64,000 nucleotides of DNA from Pseudomonadota bacterium (GCA_043718025.1 JAYSWN010000091.1:1882-65881); one strand, 5' to 3'; shown: positions 10,237 to 19,210, counted from the stretch's first letter. Numbers and translations: made by a program. The notes: generated from the sequence alone by a model not told the origin.

Positions 10237-11839
10237 AACTCTGCACAACCTCTCCCTTTGCCTTTAGCTGCTCTTGGTACCACTGAATAGTGGCGTTGAG
10301 GGGTGGCGCGCCGCCAATCAACATCGGTCTCACTCCGCGCCGGAAACAAAGTAGCCCCGCCACGTAAGGGTCGTTGGTGAATACAAAATGCTCTTGGTGC
10401 AATTTGGTAGGGCCAGAACTCAGTGCGATGCTTGGATTGCGACTAAAGCGAACCGTAGGCGCCACCGCCACCGTGTCGGTGATGAGTAGGCTTTCGAAGG
10501 CCGCAATCTCTCCGCCAACTAAATGGAGGCGTAGTAAGGGAATCGCCACGAACGGATCTCCAATCACTGACTCATTCGAAAGTTGCGCGGCATCGGCGTA
10601 AAGCATGGCCACCAGACCAACGTCTACCGCCGAAGAGTGCGACATCACGCCGTTACTCATTCCCGATAGTAGACCGGTGGCAATGATTACCGGTTTACCT
10701 CGCTGCTGCGCCGACTTCACGATGCGCGCCTGAGCTAGCAATAAGTTCTGGCTACCCACCGCCATGATAAGATCGCCCCGGGCCACCATCACTCCGTCGG
10801 CTTCGTCCATTATTTCGTCGATGCCGACTACGGCCTCGCGCCTTTCGATTTTGGCATCGATTTGGGGCTCGCGCAGAATCACTCCCCGCAACTTGACGAC
10901 TAGCCACTCTTTAGCCTCGCGGTCCGTAGGCGCAATGGCCGTGGACGGCATCATTTTCTTAAGGGCCACGATAGTGTCGGCATCGAATTTGTGGGTCACT
11001 CCCAATCTCTTTACTTCGGTCAGCAAGGCTAAATATTTTCTGACGAGCGCCCTTGCCTCTTTAATATCTGAGGCCTCACGAACAAAGCTAAGCGCTATCT
11101 TATGCACCTTGCCGGAGATAAGCGCGGCAAGAATCGCGTCGCGATCTTTCATCTGGAGAACCGGAATTTTTAGGTCGGTGTCAGGAAAATCAATTCCCAA
11201 GCGGCTACGCAGCGCAAAACTCTGCGCGGCCCGAACTATTTTGAGCTCCACTCTACTCAGCGACAGTGAGACCACATTGGCCTCAAGCTTTCCGTCGTCA
11301 AACATTACCCGATCGCCAACTTTAAGGGGACCAGCCGGAGAAACTAACTCGTTAAAGATCCATTGCGGTAAGGGTAGTTGGAGCGCGTTAGGTCGCCGAA
11401 AATTGGCCTCCCCAATGGCATCGGCGGGAGTGAGAATTAGCGTTTCTTCTCCGTTCAAAGTGAATACGGATTCCGACGGTAATTGCCCGATTCGCAGTTT
11501 TGGTCCCGGCAAGTCATAAAGGATGCCGACCGGCCGATTGGCCTTTTCACTTGCGGCGGTTATCTTTTCAATGGCGGCAATCGCGTCGGCCAAAGGGATG
11601 TGACTCAAATTTAAACGAAACACATCGGTGCCTAATTTGATCAAAGAGACCACGTAGTCCACATCGCCCGCGTTCGGATTGATGGCGACCACCATCTTGG
11701 TGAGCGGACGCTGCTCTAACCAGGAAGTGCAAATCTTTCCACTCGCCAATTTGTCGGGAGCAAGCAGCGGGTGACCCGCATAAAGCGAACTGGTAAGAAG
11801 AGAAAAAGCTAAACCTGTAAAAAGTTTTCCATATCGCAT
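10220..11839 (-). CDS. Divergent pyruvate-kinase-family protein; start ambiguous (signal-peptide-like N-terminus if 11839 is used, alternative Met at ~11698)
   Basis: Colinear with PykF: 'FRLNLSH' vs RLNFSHG, 'YDLPGPKLR' vs DTKGPEIR, 'MVARGDLIMAV' vs MVARGDLGVEIP, 'IIATGLLSGM'. Several catalytic-site positions are substituted. Confidence 0.65.
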   Translation of the reverse strand: MRYGKLFTGLAFSLLTSSLYAGHPLLAPDKLASGKICTSWLEQRPLTKMVVAINPNAGDVDYVVSLIKLGTDVFRLNLSHIPLADAIAAIEKITAASEKANRPVGILYDLPGPKLRIGQLPSESVFTLNGEETLILTPADAIGEANFRRPNALQLPLPQWIFNELVSPAGPLKVGDRVMFDDGKLEANVVSLSLSRVELKIVRAAQSFALRSRLGIDFPDTDLKIPVLQMKDRDAILAALISGKVHKIALSFVREASDIKEARALVRKYLALLTEVKRLGVTHKFDADTIVALKKMMPSTAIAPTDREAKEWLVVKLRGVILREPQIDAKIERREAVVGIDEIMDEADGVMVARGDLIMAVGSQNLLLAQARIVKSAQQRGKPVIIATGLLSGMSNGVMSHSSAVDVGLVAMLYADAAQLSNESVIGDPFVAIPLLRLHLVGGEIAAFESLLITDTVAVAPTVRFSRNPSIALSSGPTKLHQEHFVFTNDPYVAGLLCFRRGVRPMLIGGAPPLNATIQWYQEQLKAKGEVVQSFTLAY

Positions 11840-11910
11840 TCTTTAGATTAACGCGTAGCGCTAACCCTGTCATTTACATTAGTTTGGGCGGAGCTTTAGT
11901 AGGCCACTTT

Positions 11911-13569
11911 TTAAAGGCTACTCTTTAAGATATCGGCGGCGCGTTTTGGGCCAATCGCCAGAACGAAGGCACCAAGTTTAGGGCCCATGTTTTTGCCGAT
12001 CAGAGCTTGGTAAATTTCTGGAAAAAAAGTCTTCGCGTCTAATCCACACTCTTTCATCAGCGTGTAAATTGAGTTCGAAATTTGATCTTCATCGAGTCCA
12101 TTCAATCGATCAGACTCGAGTAGCATCGCCACTTTGCCGACGGCCACGGGCTGTTTGGATTCGTATTTCGGCGATGAAGCAGTACGTACCCTGAACTTAA
12201 ACTCCTCTGGCGCAAACTTATCAATCCAGGTCCAAGCCCGTTTGGCTCTGGACTCAAAACGAGCGTGATCTTCAGTCGCCTGCAAACGGTCCGCGTAGCT
12301 TGCCTTTACCTTTTCCAAATTCGCCTCATGAATCTGCAGCAAATTGCACAGATGCCGAAAGGGAAACTGCGAGGGAAGTTTTCCAGGCGAGGGAACCCCT
12401 TCGTCTTTTACGATCGAAAGCTCATAAATACGCTTTTCGTAAGTCACTTTTTTCTCATCGCCGGGCTCTGCGCCGTAGGCATAACGTTCGGTGCGATCAA
12501 ATTCGTCGTAGGCCTTCATCACGTCGAGATCGAAAGCGATCGAAAAATCAAGGTTCGGTTTGCGGCTGGCAAACAACCAACGAACCACCGCCGGCTCATA
12601 AACTTCGAGGGCCTCACTTAGGGTAATTAAATTTCCCGAAGACGAAGACAATTTACTGCCCAACCCCTTAGCCAGCACAAAATCGTACTGCACATAGAAG
12701 GGAGCCTCTTTTTTCCACACTTCGGCCACAATCTCTTTGCCGGTATCGAACGAGCCACCCGTAGAAGAGTGATCTTTACCGCCCGGTTCGAAATCAACCC
12801 CTTCTTTCGCCCAGCGCATTGGCCAGTCTACCCGCCACAGCAACTTAACGCCCGGTTCGGTTTCGAAATTTACGGTGAGTTCTTTTTTGCTCTCCTCGCA
12901 GCGGTATCGAATCGTAGAGGGCGCCTCAAAGCCCAACACGGTAGTGGTGTCTTTACCCGTCTCTTTCGAAAACACACTCACGCAAGACCAATTGGCGGGA
13001 AGCGGTGACGTGCGCGACTTGTTTAAAATCTCAATGATCTTCTTTTCGTTAATCAATGCGGTACGAATGCCGTCGGCATAGTGACAAGCGCGGTACCTTT
13101 CGTTTTGGTACAAATACTCCGGATAGACGCCGAGCTGTTCAATTTCCGCCTGAAAGCGGGATTCAAAATGGGCGGCGTAAGATTTTTGGGTGCCAAAGGG
13201 GTCGGGGACCAGCGCTAGCGGCAGGCGCATGCTGGCTTCGATCATTTTGGGATTTGGCAGATTGGCTGGCACTTTTCGAAGGGCATCGTAATCATCCCAG
13301 CTATAGAGAAAGCGCACGGTTTTGCCGCGGCTTCTGAGCGATCGCACCACGAAGTCTACCGTGATCACTTCGCGAAAGTTTCCGATGTGCACCACGCCGC
13401 TGGGCGAGATGCCCGAGGCGCAGGTAAAATGGATTTTACCGGGGTCGTGTTTCTTAATAAGCTCGTCGGCGGCCTGATCGGCCCAATGCCGGCTAGGGAT
13501 CTCTTCTTGCGTGTTCTGCTGCTTAGTGAAAGGGGCGCCCTTTTTGGGGGCCTGATTTTCGGCGTTCAT
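11911..13569 (-). CDS. lysK: Class I lysyl-tRNA synthetase (LysK type)
   Basis: 'PSGVVHIGNFREV' (HIGH-type motif) and 'LGSKLSSSSGN' (KMSKS-type). The ORF runs to 13917, but the upstream extension is low-complexity Gly/Ser-rich. The likely start is 'MNAENQAPKKG' at ~13569. Confidence 0.8.
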   Translation of the reverse strand: MNAENQAPKKGAPFTKQQNTQEEIPSRHWADQAADELIKKHDPGKIHFTCASGISPSGVVHIGNFREVITVDFVVRSLRSRGKTVRFLYSWDDYDALRKVPANLPNPKMIEASMRLPLALVPDPFGTQKSYAAHFESRFQAEIEQLGVYPEYLYQNERYRACHYADGIRTALINEKKIIEILNKSRTSPLPANWSCVSVFSKETGKDTTTVLGFEAPSTIRYRCEESKKELTVNFETEPGVKLLWRVDWPMRWAKEGVDFEPGGKDHSSTGGSFDTGKEIVAEVWKKEAPFYVQYDFVLAKGLGSKLSSSSGNLITLSEALEVYEPAVVRWLFASRKPNLDFSIAFDLDVMKAYDEFDRTERYAYGAEPGDEKKVTYEKRIYELSIVKDEGVPSPGKLPSQFPFRHLCNLLQIHEANLEKVKASYADRLQATEDHARFESRAKRAWTWIDKFAPEEFKFRVRTASSPKYESKQPVAVGKVAMLLESDRLNGLDEDQISNSIYTLMKECGLDAKTFFPEIYQALIGKNMGPKLGAFVLAIGPKRAADILKSSL

Positions 13570-13648
13570 AAGCAAGCATCTATAACATCTGCCCACGCGG
13601 TCCACAAATCTTGCCCTTTGCGTCGCACTCCTAATAGAATGCCGCCCT

Positions 13649-14143
13649 ATGTCTCCTCGTTTGTGGCTACTTTTATTTCTGCTGACCTCAGCGATAGGGG
13701 TCACCGTGTGGATGGTGGGCGATAAACCAAAGCCTGTACTCCCCGAAGAAGCAGACGCCGAGGCCGCCAAAAACACGGTCTCACTCGAACCGGCCCCCGT
13801 GGCTAAGCCGATACCCGTAGAGCCCGAACCGCCGCCCACTTTTGCCCCGAAGCTCGAGAAAAAGAGCGACCACCCAAGTGACGCCACGTCACTTCCCGGC
13901 CCCAGCGACACCACCACTGCCCCGGATAGAGCGACCCCGACGCCAAATCCCGATGACCCTTACAACATGCCTCCGCCGGTAGATGGCAGTCCGGGGTACC
14001 AGCCGCCCACCGCTTATCCGCCGCCCGCCTACCCGCCCCCCGTTTACCCCGATGGTGGATTTGAGGGCGACATTCCGCCCCCTCCCCCTGGCGAGTACGA
14101 TCCCGATGGCGGCGGCATCCCTCCAGGAAACGAAGGCTTTTAA
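13649..14143 (+). CDS. Membrane-anchored proline-rich protein with PPxY-like repeats
   Basis: N-terminal TM 'LWLLLFLLTSAIGVTVWMV', then a Pro-rich tail 'YQPPTAYPPPAYPPPVYPDGG...PPPPPGEYDPDGGGIPPG'. Confidence 0.5.
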   Translation: MSPRLWLLLFLLTSAIGVTVWMVGDKPKPVLPEEADAEAAKNTVSLEPAPVAKPIPVEPEPPPTFAPKLEKKSDHPSDATSLPGPSDTTTAPDRATPTPNPDDPYNMPPPVDGSPGYQPPTAYPPPAYPPPVYPDGGFEGDIPPPPPGEYDPDGGGIPPGNEGF

Positions 14144-14145
14144 GC

Positions 14146-15354
14146 GTGGGCATTTCACTTCATGTAGGTTCTCGTTTCTTAAGGCGCGGCACGGAGCGCG
14201 GGCGCTTTAGCGCCATGACCTTCTTTGCCTGGCTCGCCATTGGCGTCGGCGTGGGGGCGATGGCCTCTCTGCTTTCGGTGATGTACGGCTTCGAAAAGAG
14301 CCTTAAAGATAAGTTTCTGAACGCCTACCCGCACCTCTTTATTCGCCCCCACTCAGATACCGGCAGCGTCCCGCTGGATCCGCAATGGGAAAAAAAGATT
14401 CAGTCAGCGACGTTGGTGAAACGGCAGATTCCCTACCTAGAGAGCGAAATGATCATCCAGAGTCGGCGTCGGGCTTTGGGTACCGTGGTGTGGGGCCAGC
14501 GTGAGGCTGACCTAAAGAATTATCAGTCCGGAGTGATCGACGGAAAGTTACCGTCGATCGCCAATAAAAAACCGCAGGCGCTTATTGGAAGCGAGCTGGC
14601 GCGCCGACTAGGGGTGGAGGTAGGAGACGAAATCAAATTGGTTTCTCCACTGGCCCGTGGCGGAGCCTTTGGCATGGTTCCGCAATCTGACACCTACGAA
14701 ATTTCTGGGCTATACGCCTCGGGCCACTACGAATTCGATCAGCAATACACATTTTTGTTGTTAGAAGACGCTCAAGATCTGCTGCGGCAGCCCAATGCCA
14801 TTACCGGCTGGTTGGTGTGGGGGCCGAGCGACGACGCCGCCGACGCTTTAAAGGAGCAGCTACGCCAGCTTTTTCCGCCCGACTGGGAAATGCAGAGCTG
14901 GATGGAGTTTAACTCGGCCCTGTTTCAATCGTTGAAGTTGGAACAGTTCGCCATGTTTCTAATTTTAAGTTTAGCCATTTTGATCGCCGTAATGAATGTG
15001 GCGATCACTCTGGTGATGCACGTTTCGCATAAACGTAAAAACATTGGCATTCTAAAAGCGCTGGGCGCCTCGGCAAACCAAATTCGCAACGCCTTCTTGT
15101 GGCAGGGCGCCCTGTTGGGTGGCGCGGGAATATTATTGGGTGCCGCGATTTTTGGCGTGTTCGTAGTTTATATTCGCCGTTTTTCTGACTATCTACTTCC
15201 CGACTTCTATTACGATCGTACGATTCCCATTGAAATTCGTCCGAGCTCATTGATCTCCATTTTGGTGGTGGCGTCGCTGCTCATTCTCATTGCCATCTGG
15301 TTTCCCTCTAATCGAGCGGCCGATCTCGACCCGATTGAGTCGATCCGCGAATGA
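14146..15354 (+). CDS. lolE: Lipoprotein-release ABC transporter permease LolC/LolE (FtsX family)
   Basis: N-terminal 'GISLHVGSRFLRRG...RFSAMTFFAWLAIGVGVGAMASLLSVMYGFE' and C-terminal 'KRKNIGILKALGAS' match the LolC/E pattern. Confidence 0.8.
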   Translation: MGISLHVGSRFLRRGTERGRFSAMTFFAWLAIGVGVGAMASLLSVMYGFEKSLKDKFLNAYPHLFIRPHSDTGSVPLDPQWEKKIQSATLVKRQIPYLESEMIIQSRRRALGTVVWGQREADLKNYQSGVIDGKLPSIANKKPQALIGSELARRLGVEVGDEIKLVSPLARGGAFGMVPQSDTYEISGLYASGHYEFDQQYTFLLLEDAQDLLRQPNAITGWLVWGPSDDAADALKEQLRQLFPPDWEMQSWMEFNSALFQSLKLEQFAMFLILSLAILIAVMNVAITLVMHVSHKRKNIGILKALGASANQIRNAFLWQGALLGGAGILLGAAIFGVFVVYIRRFSDYLLPDFYYDRTIPIEIRPSSLISILVVASLLILIAIWFPSNRAADLDPIESIRE

Positions 15355-15418
15355 ACTAGCCGCGGCGTGTTATCCATACCGAGATTGCCTTCAAAATAAA
15401 GCCTGCTTTTGACGATAA

Positions 15419-16150
15419 GTGAAAGTGAAGTGCTACCTCTCCTTTTTGCCTGCTGCGCCGCAGGATAAGTTTTTTTCGCTGCTTCCGTTTGCCAAAAAAT
15501 GGGCGGTGCGCGCCTTTTGCGTGTTGCACGTGCTAGCGGTGATCTGGTGGCTAATTCCCGGACACTATGGCCAAGACGTGCGCATCGCTCCGGCCTTTAA
15601 CTGGCTTTCGCAGGGCGAAGAGCATTTTATTTATTGGAAACAGGTTCAATCGGCCAATCGAAGTTTTTTTATCGAGCCTTTAGAGAACTACGCGTTTGTT
15701 TCCACCAGCTATCAATCGTGGAGAATGTTCGCCCCCAACCCGATTAATGTGCAGTCGTGGTTGGCAGCCTACCCCGTCACCGGTTGGAGAAATTTAGCCG
15801 CCAGTGAAGAGCTGCCCGAAGGCACGCCTTGGAAAGAGCGGCGCGTGCCCATTTATGACCTACCCAATTTTCGCGGGTACGAGGGAGAGCTGGTGGATCG
15901 CATGCAAGGCGCCCCACTTTTCTACGGTTACGGTTTCAAGATCTCCGAAGGGGTTTTAGGCTGGCACGGGGTTGAAGTGCTGAGATCTATCGCTGATTAC
16001 AGCCTGCGTAGGTACTTAGCGGCAAACCACCCCCGACCGTTGGGGTTTCACGTCTTGCGTTTAACCGCGCCGGTGGTTCCCGAGTTTAATTTGCCCAGAG
16101 AAAAACGGGCCACGCTGAAAAGCAGTGTGGTCTTCTTTCACCATTATTGA
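15419..16150 (+). CDS. Hypothetical protein (243 aa), partner of the downstream HTTM protein
   Basis: One N-terminal hydrophobic segment. The motif 'SYQSWRMFAPNP' stands out. Stop overlaps the next start (ATGA). Confidence 0.45.
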   Translation: MKVKCYLSFLPAAPQDKFFSLLPFAKKWAVRAFCVLHVLAVIWWLIPGHYGQDVRIAPAFNWLSQGEEHFIYWKQVQSANRSFFIEPLENYAFVSTSYQSWRMFAPNPINVQSWLAAYPVTGWRNLAASEELPEGTPWKERRVPIYDLPNFRGYEGELVDRMQGAPLFYGYGFKISEGVLGWHGVEVLRSIADYSLRRYLAANHPRPLGFHVLRLTAPVVPEFNLPREKRATLKSSVVFFHHY

Positions 16151-17148
16151 TGAACTCATTTATGAAACTACGTCTTTCACCTTTTACCGACGCCAGAGTA
16201 TACGCGGTACTTCGCGTGCTGTTTGGCCTGCTGTCGTTCTGGTGTTTGGCGTCAATTTTTCCCCACTCGGCTGAGTTTTTCAGCGCCGATGGCTGGCTGC
16301 CGCCGAAGGTAGGGCTAGACACCGAAAACATTCGCACCTGGTCGGTATTTTTTCTGGGGCACACGCCGCTTTATACTTGGGCCTTCATGACGATTGCGAT
16401 CGTAGCTAGCATTACGATGACGATCGGCTTGTGGTCGCGCACCTCAGTTTGGGTAACCTTTATTTTTCTGGCGTCGGCCAGCGTTAGAAACCACTTTGTG
16501 TTTAGCGGCGAAGATTGTTTGTTGCGTAATTTTCTGTTCTTGATCGCTTTTTCTCGCTGTGGCGATGTGTGGTCGTTCGATAGCTGGTGGGCAAAGAAAA
16601 AAACGGGAATTGCCGCAACTGAACATACGCCCGTGGCTCCGGCGTGGCCAATGCGCCTGATGCAGTTTCAGGTTTGTGTGCTGTATTTATCGTCAGGCTT
16701 AGCCAAGCAACGCGGCACCGACTGGCTAACCGGCGTTGCCACCGTGCGCGCTTTGCTAAACCCCGTAGTTTCTCGTTACAGCTACGAGTTTCTCAATCAC
16801 TTTTCTGGTCTACTGCAGTCAGATTTTTTTAAGGTCTGCGAGCAGGTTACTTTGTATTGGGAAGTTTGCTTCCCCTTTTTAATGATGCAAAGGCATTTGC
16901 GTTACGCGGCGCTGGCCTTTGGCGTAATTGCGCACGCTTCGATATTCGTGCTGTTTCAGGTGCACTTTTTTTCGTTTGCGATGGTGGCTACGTACCTATG
17001 TATCGTACCGTCGGCGTGGACGGTGCGGGCGTTTACTCCGCTGATGAATCGAATCGCCGGAAGATGGGATAGTTTCTTCGTATTCCAAAAAAAGACCCGC
17101 CCCAGATTGCGTATCGAAGAGGGGCGAAAGAAAAAACGGGTGGCTTAG
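16147..17148 (+). CDS. HTTM-domain (vitamin K-dependent gamma-carboxylase-like) integral membrane protein
   Basis: N-terminal 'ARVYAVLRVLFGLLSFWCLASIF' resembles the HTTM signature (slaafRilfGll). Multiple TM helices. Lys/Arg tail. Confidence 0.55.
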   Translation: MMNSFMKLRLSPFTDARVYAVLRVLFGLLSFWCLASIFPHSAEFFSADGWLPPKVGLDTENIRTWSVFFLGHTPLYTWAFMTIAIVASITMTIGLWSRTSVWVTFIFLASASVRNHFVFSGEDCLLRNFLFLIAFSRCGDVWSFDSWWAKKKTGIAATEHTPVAPAWPMRLMQFQVCVLYLSSGLAKQRGTDWLTGVATVRALLNPVVSRYSYEFLNHFSGLLQSDFFKVCEQVTLYWEVCFPFLMMQRHLRYAALAFGVIAHASIFVLFQVHFFSFAMVATYLCIVPSAWTVRAFTPLMNRIAGRWDSFFVFQKKTRPRLRIEEGRKKKRVA

Positions 17149-17154
17149 AAGGTT

Positions 17155-18528
17155 TTAAGGGCCACCGCCACCAAGTCCACCGCCACTGCAACCGGTGATT
17201 GCCAACGGTCCGAGAGTCGTTCCATCGTATATCGCCTTCACGTTTACGGTATCCGAACTGCAGCTTCCATAATTAAACTGAGCGGTAGTGGCGGGGGCAT
17301 TTACGGTATGGCAAAGGCTGTATTGACCCGCTCCATCTGCACACTCGAAAGTGGTTCCAACCGGAAAGTCTCCGCTGGCGTTCGCCATGCCACTAAAGAA
17401 TTCAACTACGCTTGAAAAAGTGAACGCGGGGGGTGTTACCGTATAAATTGTATTTTCGCTCGAACACGCCGCGCCATTACAGGCCACCACTTGATTGGCG
17501 CCGACGGGGGCTAGGGCGGGAACCGCGCAGTTAGAAGCGCTTGTGCTACTGAAAATGAACTGGCAAGTGAATGGCACTCCGCCCATGGTGAACGTTGAAG
17601 TGTTCTGGATAAAATTGGTTCCCGTTATACTGAAAATCCCTCCCGCTGATCCCCTGGCAGGATTTAGAGTCACCACGGTCGGAGCGGGCGGCGGGGTGAT
17701 GGTAAACCTTATGTCTTGAGTAGAGCATTGCGTCCCAAAATTATTGCAAGCCACAACCCGATATTGATCCGCCGCAACCCCGGTCGGCATGGTGCAGCCA
17801 GAAACACTTTGGGCGCTATTAAAGAATTGGCACGAAAATGCGGCTTCAATGTCTGGGCTGCTTACCAATACAAGCTTAAGCGAATACGAATTCTGATCAA
17901 AGTTTGTACCGGTAATTGAAACATTCGAAAGTCCGGCAGGTCCGGAGGCGGGAGAAATAGCCGCCACGGTAGGAGGAGTGCTACCGGTCGATCCATTCGT
18001 TCCATTCGTTCCAGTGCTTCCGGTGGTGCTTCCGGTGCTTCCACTGCTTCCACTGCTTCCACTGCTTCCGGTGGTGCTTCCGCCAGCCGCTACGACCGTG
18101 AACAGAAGCTCCGACACCACACCGTTCGTAATCTTCTTAATTAGATATTTTCTTTTACTCTCACTGACCAGGATGATCGAGTAAGCACCCGCCGCTAGGC
18201 CGGACGGAAGGGTTAGACGCATCAATCCGCTGCCTATCGCAGCCGCGCCGACGGCAGTTACCGTCCCCCCGCTTTTAACGAATGCGGCGTTAACAGACGT
18301 AGCCGCAAGCACAAACCGATCAGAACCCGCCGCGCCACGCACGCCCAAAGTCCCTCCAGGAAGAGTGAGGTCAACATTCGAACCGGGGAAAAATGAAGTG
18401 GCCGATAGAACGCCCTCGGCGGACTGGAGCGCCTCACCTTTAAAAACGACATTGATCGGACTGCCGCAGCCGCCAATCAGTGCGATGAGGGTAAGTAACG
18501 AAAAAGTTTTTAGAAAATTACGTACCAC
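17155..18528 (-). CDS. Lipoprotein with IPT/TIG-like Ig repeats and a Gly/Ser/Thr linker
   Basis: Lipobox 'LIALIGGCGS'. Repeated 'ISITGTNF/ FSITGTNF...VVACN' modules with conserved Cys pairs. The linker GSSGSSGSSGSTGSTTGSTGTNGTNGSTGS is encoded by 9-nt repeats. Confidence 0.6.
   Translation of the reverse strand: MVRNFLKTFSLLTLIALIGGCGSPINVVFKGEALQSAEGVLSATSFFPGSNVDLTLPGGTLGVRGAAGSDRFVLAATSVNAAFVKSGGTVTAVGAAAIGSGLMRLTLPSGLAAGAYSIILVSESKRKYLIKKITNGVVSELLFTVVAAGGSTTGSSGSSGSSGSTGSTTGSTGTNGTNGSTGSTPPTVAAISPASGPAGLSNVSITGTNFDQNSYSLKLVLVSSPDIEAAFSCQFFNSAQSVSGCTMPTGVAADQYRVVACNNFGTQCSTQDIRFTITPPPAPTVVTLNPARGSAGGIFSITGTNFIQNTSTFTMGGVPFTCQFIFSSTSASNCAVPALAPVGANQVVACNGAACSSENTIYTVTPPAFTFSSVVEFFSGMANASGDFPVGTTFECADGAGQYSLCHTVNAPATTAQFNYGSCSSDTVNVKAIYDGTTLGPLAITGCSGGGLGGGGP
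17990..18075. repeat. Imperfect 9-nt tandem repeats (ccattcgtt/ ccactgcttx3/ ccggtggtgcttx2) inside the TIG lipoprotein gene
   Basis: Direct reading shows 'ccattcgttccattcgttcc' and 'ccactgcttccactgcttccactgcttcc'. Confidence 0.7.
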
Positions 18529-19210
18529 TATCCCGTCCCATGATTACGGAAATGTGGTGGAGCCCCGCGAACGATTTTCCCCGATGGCCGCTCGTCCTAG
18601 GCTAATACCCAGAAGACGCTTCTACGCTTGGCCAGTACCGCTTTGCCCGCACTCCACCACACACCGATTTTCTATTTTTGGGATTTGGTCAGAAGAAATT
18701 TAACGACTCAACAGAGGGTATTTTGCAAGAGTACTATCAGACACCCTACGTACCGCTCAACTCCACGTACAACAGTTTTCTGAATTCCCAACTCCTAGTG
18801 TAGCGCGTCACGCTGTATTCTCCTAATCTCCAGATGCTATTAAAAACCATTATTTTCAATAGCTTACCACAGTCGATTGTGAAGATTTAATGGTCCAGAT
18901 TTTGCCTCGGTGTGATGGTTAGTGGAGCGGGAAGGCGGGGCGTGGTTGCTCGCCAAGCGAACTAAATCAAAAGCGTTCCACCCGTTTTCGGAGTTTTTTT
19001 TAAATTTTTCTTCCCGGAAAAAGGAGATAAAGAAATTCAGAGGCATTTCAACGGCAGAAAATTTCCGTAGGAACCCCCCACGCCTAATCGAAGCCTCGCA
19101 CAGAAAAGAACCTCGGGCGCTGCACACGGCGGGCTTGACCGGCGGCGTTATTTATAATGAATTCGAATTGCCGATAGACCCCTCGGAATCTGGCCAATTT
19201 CGTGAAGCGC

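Noticed and set aside
11568-11873. 101-aa ORF overlapping the 5' end of the pyruvate-kinase-like gene
   Set aside because: Out-of-frame overlap with a gene of clear family membership. Cys/Arg-rich junk translation.
13387-13917. 5' extension of the lysK ORF and overlapping plus-strand ORFs (13387-13725)
   Set aside because: The upstream 116 codons of the lysK ORF are a Gly/Ser/Ala run with no synthetase homology. The conserved N-terminus begins at the Met at ~13569. The plus-strand ORFs are antisense artefacts.
18554-18660. Possible tRNA/tmRNA/4.5S RNA at the 9-bp inverted repeat
   Set aside because: The 107-nt span with a 9-bp terminal stem could not be folded into a D/anticodon/T-arm cloverleaf on either strand. 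There is no GTTCGAATC-type T-loop, no tmRNA 5' GGGGCUG..., and no SRP domain-IV motif. It is kept only as an unexplained structured element in findings.
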